A stretch of DNA of 64,000 bases from a virus (Duplodnaviria > Caudoviricetes), in the IMG/VR virus record IMGVR_UViG_3300044216_005818, positions 1,145-65,144 of that record; one strand, written 5' to 3'. The notes beneath the pieces were generated by a model. It saw only the letters and a list, made by a program, of their open reading frames with translations. It was not told the DNA's origin and did not search any database. This document shows positions 57,258 to 64,000 of this stretch, piece after piece. A program made the position numbers and the translations under genes. How positions within the stretch are numbered: position 1 is the stretch's first letter; every line of letters begins with the position of its first letter.

Positions 57258-60200
57258 ATGGGATTACAATATACACATAAAGGAATATTAATTGTAGATA
57301 CCTCTAGAGGCTCTGTTACAGGTTCTGGGCAGGGCTTTGGTAGTTTAGATCCTAATAAAATTACAGCTGTCTTAGGGCACAGTCCTGATTTTAGATCTTT
57401 TCAAATAACAATTCCCTCTTCCTCTAACACAGATAGAGGGGATATAAGTGCACTAGCAATAACTCAATCTAATGGTATTGTTTCATTAGGTATAGGAACT
57501 AGTAAACCTGTAGGTTCATTAGATATAATAGGTAGTGGTTCTACTCCTCCGAATATACTTTTAAGAACAAACGAAGACGGGATAATTACTCTAAATGAAG
57601 AAACCGGTAAAATTAAATTTGTAATAGAATCTGGTTCATTTGCTTTATCAAATGATACACAACAACTCACCCAAACTATTAGTGGTTCTACAGCAGAAAT
57701 ATTTTCACGAGTAACTGATATAACGAGTGGTGGGGTTAGAGGTAGTTTAGTATTTGGTCTTAGTAAAGATAGTGTTTCATCTAGTATTGATGCGCTTGCT
57801 TTAGGATTTAATGAAGGTCCCCCAGAACTTGCATCTGGTGACATACATGCTGTTTTATCAGGTAGTATAGCTATGAATGCTTTAACTCCTAGAATAATTT
57901 TAGCAAAAAATGATGGAACACAACCTGTTGCACAAATTGGTAGCGTAAACTCATCCAACCTTAATGAAGGATCGATTATATTAAGAGATTCAGCTGCTAA
58001 TGATGATGGTTATTTTGTTATTAGAAAAGGTCAAAATAGTTTTTTAACTGGTAATGGAAATTTAGGTATTGGTACTTCATCACCTTCTACTAAATTATCA
58101 GTATCAGGTTCAATAAGTGCAAGTGGAGATGTAATAGCATCTAGACTTATAACATCTGGCTCAACTACTAATTCTGGTTTAGTATTTGAACATAATGGGG
58201 GCCTTACAGCTAATCGCATAAATTTAACTTCTGCCCAAAACATGCAATTTAGGGCAGGTGGTGCATTTCAATTTGCAAGTAGCGTACAAATTTTAGATAA
58301 TAAAAAATTACAATTTAATACTGAAGGTAATGCATCTAAAGCAAAAATTACTGCTACCTCTGGATCTGTTCCAGGACAAGTAAGATTAGATATTGAAGAT
58401 GCCTCAAATAGTCCTAAAGTATCTATTATTACTTCCGGAAGTTCAGGATTAGAGGGTAACGTTGGTATAGGAACAACTAATCCTGCGTCACCTCTTCATA
58501 TATTTGAAAGTTCGTCTGGTGCGGGAACTGGAGTAGGGTTAACTATTGAAAACGATGGAACAGGAGATGCTATAGCTCAATTCTTACTTACTGGAACTAA
58601 AAGATGGGTAATGGGTATAGACAACAGTGATTCTAACAAATTTAAAATCGCTGATTCTTCAAACCTTAATACCGATGCTTTGTTTACTATAGATGGTGAT
58701 GGAAACGTTGGTATAGGAACTACATCACCGGGCTCATTATTATCATTAGCTAAAGGTGATGCTACTGTATATGATAGTACTGATGATGATGGTCAGAGAA
58801 ATGTTGGTCCTACTATTTTATTAGAAAATACCAGCTCTGTTAGTAATACGTTTGGTCAAATATTATTTGATTCAGATGATTCAAATCAAGGTATAGCAAG
58901 AATAGCATTCTTAGATACAGGTGAGGCAAGTACTGATATAGCTTTTGTTACTGAACATACTAATACCAAATCCGAAAAACTAAGGATTGCTAGTGATGGT
59001 AAAGTGGGTATAGGAACAACTTCTCCAAGAGAAACATTAGAAGTAGCAGGCAACATAAGAGCAGTAGGTGATGTAATAGCTCAGCGATATATTGTATCGT
59101 CTTCTGTAAGTCACATAACCCAGTCATTTAGCAGTGGTAGCACAATATTTGGCGATACACTTGAGGATACACACCAATTTACTGGTAGTTTATTATTAAC
59201 AGGAAGTTTAGTAGCTGATTTAAGCACAGATACTTCTGGTGAAAGAACCCCTCTTGTAATTGACAATGATGGTAATGTAACTATAGCAAATGCTGATTTC
59301 ACAACTATTACAGCAACTTCGGTTAGTGGTGCTATAGATGCCGCTACAGGTTCGTTTGTTACTAATGATCAAACTAGTTCATTTTTTGATAATTTAGGCA
59401 ACCATATAGCTACCCAAGACTTAGATATGGCGGGAAACAGTATTTCTGCTAGTTTACACATTACTGCATCAGGTAATATAAGTTCAAGTGCAACTTCAAC
59501 AGGTTCGTTTGGGCATGTATTTGTAAGTAGTAGTATTCATGTAGGATCATTAGGAGGAACCACTGATAGTACAGGGATATACCATTCTAATGGTATTCCT
59601 ATGATGTTTCATGGAAATGATCCTGGGGTTACTCCTCGATTTAATTTTTTTGGGGCATCCCAGGTCCCTAGTGGGTCATTTTTTCAGGGTGCCCCCGCAA
59701 TTATAAGGTCAAGTACAACGGATGATTTAAGTATAGAACCTGGTAGAGTATTTGTTTCTGGTGCTTTAAAATTAAAACCAAATTCTGTACTTGGAAATAG
59801 TCAAGTTGCTGTAGAATATGAAATCAATAATCCCCTTATAGTTACCCAATCAGGAGTAACAGATGCTTCTGAACACGTTATAGAAGTAATAGGATGTGAA
59901 TCTGGTTCAAATTATACAGAAGGAGTTGTAAAAGCTATTGGATTTATGAAAAGGGGTACAGATTTTACAGGAGCCCCATCCTTATATACAACCTACCCAA
60001 ACGTAGCAGCATGTTGTATACCCGTATTTAGAATTCCAACCAGTAGAGCTAGTTCTATTACTTTCCAACCAATAATAACATATAGAGCACAAAGTGGTGC
60101 AGGAAACACTGACCCTGGTGTTATAACTCTTCCCAAAGCAACCGCTACTTTTGGTATTAATTTTAATACATCCCTACAACTAAATTATGATGATTCAAGT

Positions 60201-60626
60201 ATAATAAATATAAATGGATCACAATTTACCTCCAATGTTGCATATGGTGTATCTGGGGGGTCTACAAATATTGGTCAACTACTATTAAACCCTACTGTTG
60301 GTAGATATAATTTATCAACAGCTATTGATTTAATAGATAGTGATGGTAAAGGAAACGCTACAAACTTATTTAATACTCAATTTCAAACCTCACAAGTAGC
60401 TTCTTCCTTACCTACCCCATATGTAATAGCAAGTACAGAACACAACGGTGTAACTAATTTATTATTTGCTGTAGTTACAAATACTTCATATATTCTTTAT
60501 GGGGATAAACATAGCCCTTTATCCGATACCTACCAACCCTCTAGTACTGGAAGAGTAGAAGTACTTCAAAGTGGCGTTCCAGTAGAAGTAGAAGTATTAG
60601 TTAATTATACATGCACGAAATATTAA
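57258..60626 (+). CDS. Long tail-fibre protein
   Basis: Repeated GN[LV]GIGTT.P units; ITASGNISSS and FSSGSTIFGD..DTHQFTGS modules. Confidence 0.78.
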   Translation: MGLQYTHKGILIVDTSRGSVTGSGQGFGSLDPNKITAVLGHSPDFRSFQITIPSSSNTDRGDISALAITQSNGIVSLGIGTSKPVGSLDIIGSGSTPPNILLRTNEDGIITLNEETGKIKFVIESGSFALSNDTQQLTQTISGSTAEIFSRVTDITSGGVRGSLVFGLSKDSVSSSIDALALGFNEGPPELASGDIHAVLSGSIAMNALTPRIILAKNDGTQPVAQIGSVNSSNLNEGSIILRDSAANDDGYFVIRKGQNSFLTGNGNLGIGTSSPSTKLSVSGSISASGDVIASRLITSGSTTNSGLVFEHNGGLTANRINLTSAQNMQFRAGGAFQFASSVQILDNKKLQFNTEGNASKAKITATSGSVPGQVRLDIEDASNSPKVSIITSGSSGLEGNVGIGTTNPASPLHIFESSSGAGTGVGLTIENDGTGDAIAQFLLTGTKRWVMGIDNSDSNKFKIADSSNLNTDALFTIDGDGNVGIGTTSPGSLLSLAKGDATVYDSTDDDGQRNVGPTILLENTSSVSNTFGQILFDSDDSNQGIARIAFLDTGEASTDIAFVTEHTNTKSEKLRIASDGKVGIGTTSPRETLEVAGNIRAVGDVIAQRYIVSSSVSHITQSFSSGSTIFGDTLEDTHQFTGSLLLTGSLVADLSTDTSGERTPLVIDNDGNVTIANADFTTITATSVSGAIDAATGSFVTNDQTSSFFDNLGNHIATQDLDMAGNSISASLHITASGNISSSATSTGSFGHVFVSSSIHVGSLGGTTDSTGIYHSNGIPMMFHGNDPGVTPRFNFFGASQVPSGSFFQGAPAIIRSSTTDDLSIEPGRVFVSGALKLKPNSVLGNSQVAVEYEINNPLIVTQSGVTDASEHVIEVIGCESGSNYTEGVVKAIGFMKRGTDFTGAPSLYTTYPNVAACCIPVFRIPTSRASSITFQPIITYRAQSGAGNTDPGVITLPKATATFGINFNTSLQLNYDDSSIININGSQFTSNVAYGVSGGSTNIGQLLLNPTVGRYNLSTAIDLIDSDGKGNATNLFNTQFQTSQVASSLPTPYVIASTEHNGVTNLLFAVVTNTSYILYGDKHSPLSDTYQPSSTGRVEVLQSGVPVEVEVLVNYTCTKY

Positions 60627-60635
60627 AAAAATAAC

Positions 60636-63600
60636 ATGCCTTTAAATAAATTAGACATATTATCACATTCAAGTTCTTACTATGGGGGAATTAATATTTA
60701 TAAAGATGTTGAAACATTTGCTAGTTCAAGTGTAGCCCCATTAGGAAGTTCTTCACTTACTTTCTATCAAGTAAGAACAGATAGTGATGATATTACTTTT
60801 ACAAAAACTGTTGAAAATAGTAATAATACTAAAAATCTTTTAAGAGGTAACATTACGGGAAATACTACAAAATTTGGTATTGGTTTCCAAACTAGTAGCT
60901 TTTTACAAAAATCTTTTGAAATTAGAACAGCAACAGGATCAGAACCAGCTTCTATAGTATTAAGAACTAATGAAGATGGAGTTGTTCAAATAGGAGAAGA
61001 AACTGGAAGAATAATATTTGCTAGAGAATCAGCTTCTTTTCACCCAGAACTAGATGAATTTATTGTTAGTGGTTCTACTGCAGAAATATTTTCTAGAGTT
61101 ACAGGTATTAATGGAGGTACTCCCTTTGGATCGTTAGTATTTCAAACTAATACGGATGCAGGGACTGTAAATCAAGAAGTTATGGAAATAGGCCCTGGTA
61201 AGGGCAGTACTCAAGCTTCAACTCCAGGTGTAGGAATTTCAGGTAGTTTAAAAATTATAGATTCATTCCCAATTTTTGAATTACAAGAATCAAGCGGGAA
61301 TACTATACCTGTAGAAATAAGAACAAAACCTACAGATAATGATCAGGGTATTATTAAAATTAGACAAGCCGAAAATACTACTGTTTCTATAGGTGATGAT
61401 AGTACTGGTGGTTACCACCTTATCAGTGGTAGTGGTGCTATATTTGCTTCTTTATCACTGGATAATACTACAGCAAATAAAACAGTTATGTATAATACTT
61501 CTACCGGTCAATTCTTCTACTCAGGAAGTTTTGGTACCGGTGGTGGTGGTGGTGGGGGTAGTGATAATCTAGGTAACCACACAGCAGAAGAAGACTTAGA
61601 CTTAGCAGGTTTTAATATTAAAAATGTTGCTAATATAACATCCTCAGGTATTATAAGTGCAAGTGGAGAATCACACATTTTAGGTTTTAAATCTATTACA
61701 TCTGTTTTAGGTGCATTTCAGGGGGGTGCTGCAGGGAATAATGGTTTAGTAGTATCAAATAATGCACTCATTACGGGTAACATAACATCTTCGGGTATTC
61801 TAAGTGCAAGTGGGGGAGTAATAACTAATGATCTTACAGTAGCAGGAACAACAACCCTTAATGGAGATACAATTACAGGTGATATAAGTGCAAGTGGTGG
61901 TATAAGTGCAAGTAAAGTACTTACTCAAGATATTGTGTTAGGATCCCTTGGAAGTATTTTTATAAAAGACATTGCTGGCAATACAGACGATACGGCAATA
62001 GTTAATGGGTCTGATGTAGGTATAGTTTTTGGTGATTCTGATATGCCGTCCGAAATAGATGCTACAAAAATTACACTTGATGCATCTAGTAAGATAATAC
62101 TAGACTCAGATACAGATTCTATTGATATTAGAGGAAACATTACAGCTTCAAATAATATAAGTGCAAGTGGGCAATTATCTGCGACATCAGTTACAGGATT
62201 TATTGCAGGTGATAGTGCTAATAGAGTATTAACTTCTGATGGCGATGGTACCTTTACTGCCGAAGATAGTCTTACTTTTGATGGTACAACTTTTAATCTC
62301 CAATCCCAGCACATAAATATGCAAGCCAGTGGTGATGGATTTGACCTAACAGGTAACATTACAGCATCTGGAAATGTAAGTGCAAGTGGCAATTTATTTG
62401 CTAATTTAGCTGACAATAGTGATACTAGCTTTAAAACAGTTATGTACGATACTACTACAGGTAAATTCTTTAGAACAGGAAGTTATGGAGCCGGAGGAAC
62501 TGGGACCTCAATTACCGGTACAGATACCCACGTATTATTTTTCGATGGTGATGATAATCCCGCAGGAGATTCTGGTTTAACTTATAATAAAACTACTGAT
62601 ACTCTCTTTGTAGCTGGCGCTATAGAACATGCTGGGGATGCTAATACGGGAATATTTTTTGATAGTGATACAATTACTTTAAAAGGTAATAACGCAGTTA
62701 TAGCTCAATTTGATACAACTCAAATTGACTTTAGAGAAAACCTATTATCGACTGGAGAAGGTATATTCCATAGTGCTCAGCTTTATGACTATGGTAACCA
62801 AAACGATGTAAATGCTACTTCTGGATTTAGGGTAAATAGTGATAAAGCCTACACACATGTTACACCACAACCGTGGTCTAACACATGGTGTCTTACAGGA
62901 GTCCCTATAGTACACACTGGCCAAGGTAATGGCTATGTACAACAATATCCTAGAAACTACATGGTATTTGGTGAATCAAGTAACCTAGTAATGATAAACC
63001 CGGGTGTTCAAGGTGATGGTGATGGTGGGCCCGGAGATATAAAACCAGATATTGGTGGTGGTTTAGTAAACGTTGGAATCCCAACAATGATAATTAAGGG
63101 GTTAGACTTAGAATTAATACCTTCAGGTGCTAATGTAGGAGGCAATACAGCTGGTATTAGAATAGCATCAGGTGATGTTTCTGCTAGTGTTAGCCCTGGT
63201 ATATTCTTTTATGGTAAAGATAATACTACAAATATTTCTGGATCCTTCTTCTATAGTAGTGCTTCTGCAGAAATTAGATTTGATACCGGGAGTAATGCTG
63301 TAAAATTCTTTGCGGGTTCTACTACTGAAGATCTTAAAGAAGTATTACATATCTCTAAGTCAGGAGATAACCCTCGAATTGGTGTTGGTACTAATAACCC
63401 TATTAGAGCATTTGACTTTAAAGAAGTTAGAGATGATGATAGAGGAGGTGAAATATTAATTAGAGGTTCTAGATCAACTATAGGTGCTGAAAATAATGAT
63501 GAAGTAGGTAGAATTAATTTTGCTATTGATAGTGCTAGTTTTGGAAAAATTGACACTTCAGGATCAGCAGCAGAAATAGTAGCAATTGTAGACTCAGTTG

Positions 63601-64000
63601 ACCAAACTGGTATTCAAGGTCATATGTCACTTAGAATAGCAAATGCTAAAACAGGAGCACCTACAGAAATATTAAAACTATCTAGTAGTATTTCAGTACT
63701 TAATTCTCCTTTAGATTTGAATGGCGCTTTAAATGTTGATTTAAGTAATATTAATGCTTCTACTATAAATCGTTATAATAATACAAGTACTAGAATTGAA
63801 TTAGCATCTAACCATTTAGAATTTTATGGTAATGCTTATGGTATGAAAATAAGCAATACTGGTATTGATGCTAACCCTAATGGGTTAACAAATATGGATT
63901 TCAGAGTTAGAAGCGACAATGACGCTGCTGCTATACTTGTAGATTCTGGTGATGATACGATTACTTTAGGTAGTGGAGCAGACACACACGTAACAGCTTC
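60636..64000 (+). CDS. 3'-truncated long tail-fibre protein (absent from the ORF track)
   Basis: ATG at 60636 (MPLNKLDILSHSSSYY...). All segments translated by eye, including ~62.0-63.6 kb, are open in this frame; shares LRTNEDG..EETG modules with the previous gene. Confidence 0.78.
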   Translation, partial: MPLNKLDILSHSSSYYGGINIYKDVETFASSSVAPLGSSSLTFYQVRTDSDDITFTKTVENSNNTKNLLRGNITGNTTKFGIGFQTSSFLQKSFEIRTATGSEPASIVLRTNEDGVVQIGEETGRIIFARESASFHPELDEFIVSGSTAEIFSRVTGINGGTPFGSLVFQTNTDAGTVNQEVMEIGPGKGSTQASTPGVGISGSLKIIDSFPIFELQESSGNTIPVEIRTKPTDNDQGIIKIRQAENTTVSIGDDSTGGYHLISGSGAIFASLSLDNTTANKTVMYNTSTGQFFYSGSFGTGGGGGGGSDNLGNHTAEEDLDLAGFNIKNVANITSSGIISASGESHILGFKSITSVLGAFQGGAAGNNGLVVSNNALITGNITSSGILSASGGVITNDLTVAGTTTLNGDTITGDISASGGISASKVLTQDIVLGSLGSIFIKDIAGNTDDTAIVNGSDVGIVFGDSDMPSEIDATKITLDASSKIILDSDTDSIDIRGNITASNNISASGQLSATSVTGFIAGDSANRVLTSDGDGTFTAEDSLTFDGTTFNLQSQHINMQASGDGFDLTGNITASGNVSASGNLFANLADNSDTSFKTVMYDTTTGKFFRTGSYGAGGTGTSITGTDTHVLFFDGDDNPAGDSGLTYNKTTDTLFVAGAIEHAGDANTGIFFDSDTITLKGNNAVIAQFDTTQIDFRENLLSTGEGIFHSAQLYDYGNQNDVNATSGFRVNSDKAYTHVTPQPWSNTWCLTGVPIVHTGQGNGYVQQYPRNYMVFGESSNLVMINPGVQGDGDGGPGDIKPDIGGGLVNVGIPTMIIKGLDLELIPSGANVGGNTAGIRIASGDVSASVSPGIFFYGKDNTTNISGSFFYSSASAEIRFDTGSNAVKFFAGSTTEDLKEVLHISKSGDNPRIGVGTNNPIRAFDFKEVRDDDRGGEILIRGSRSTIGAENNDEVGRINFAIDSASFGKIDTSGSAAEIVAIVDSVDQTGIQGHMSLRIANAKTGAPTEILKLSSSISVLNSPLDLNGALNVDLSNINASTINRYNNTSTRIELASNHLEFYGNAYGMKISNTGIDANPNGLTNMDFRVRSDNDAAAILVDSGDDTITLGSGADTHVTA

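Noticed and set aside
410-63556. Minus-strand ORFs in the track (e.g. 1413..1694, 26116..26529, 32346..32792, 55871..56473, 57464..57958, 61925..62416, 63251..63556)
   Set aside because: They lie wholly opposite long plus-strand genes and have the S/L/F/I-rich composition of antisense shadows; only 38359..38592 has independent support.
1-64000. Stop-codon reassignment
   Set aside because: Standard-code ORFs tile the window tightly with TAATG/ATGA coupling; no fragmented core genes.

Overview
AT-rich, almost entirely plus-strand, densely coding segment of a large T4-like tailed phage (probably a myovirus). No cellular housekeeping, rRNA, tRNA or CRISPR features were seen. Order: baseplate/tail module (5'-truncated amidase, gp25, gp6 and associated structural genes; 1-17.8 kb); GIY-YIG ORF and primase; a 14-kb block of acidic/basic modular proteins with a small FAD-oxidoreductase/kinase unit and a membrane-protein pair (19.2-33 kb); head module (terminase, portal, prohead protease, scaffold, major capsid); PhoH; neck genes (gp13/14/15-like); a long tail-fibre array running off the 3' end. 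Three TTTG-N19/20-TAnnTTTA promoters and A-rich, Shine-Dalgarno-poor start regions suggest a Bacteroidota host (inference). The best candidate for an undescribed system is the 19-33 kb block. It looks like a head-cargo system: proteins with a shared leader ending in Glu, and polyproteins whose modules (HxGH nucleotidyltransferase, zincin-like domain, basic modules, ligase-type nucleotidyltransferase) are joined at putative prohead-protease sites. Several structured intergenic RNA candidates and a conserved ATATTTAT upstream motif are also reported. All family assignments come from motif recognition by eye; no database search was run.
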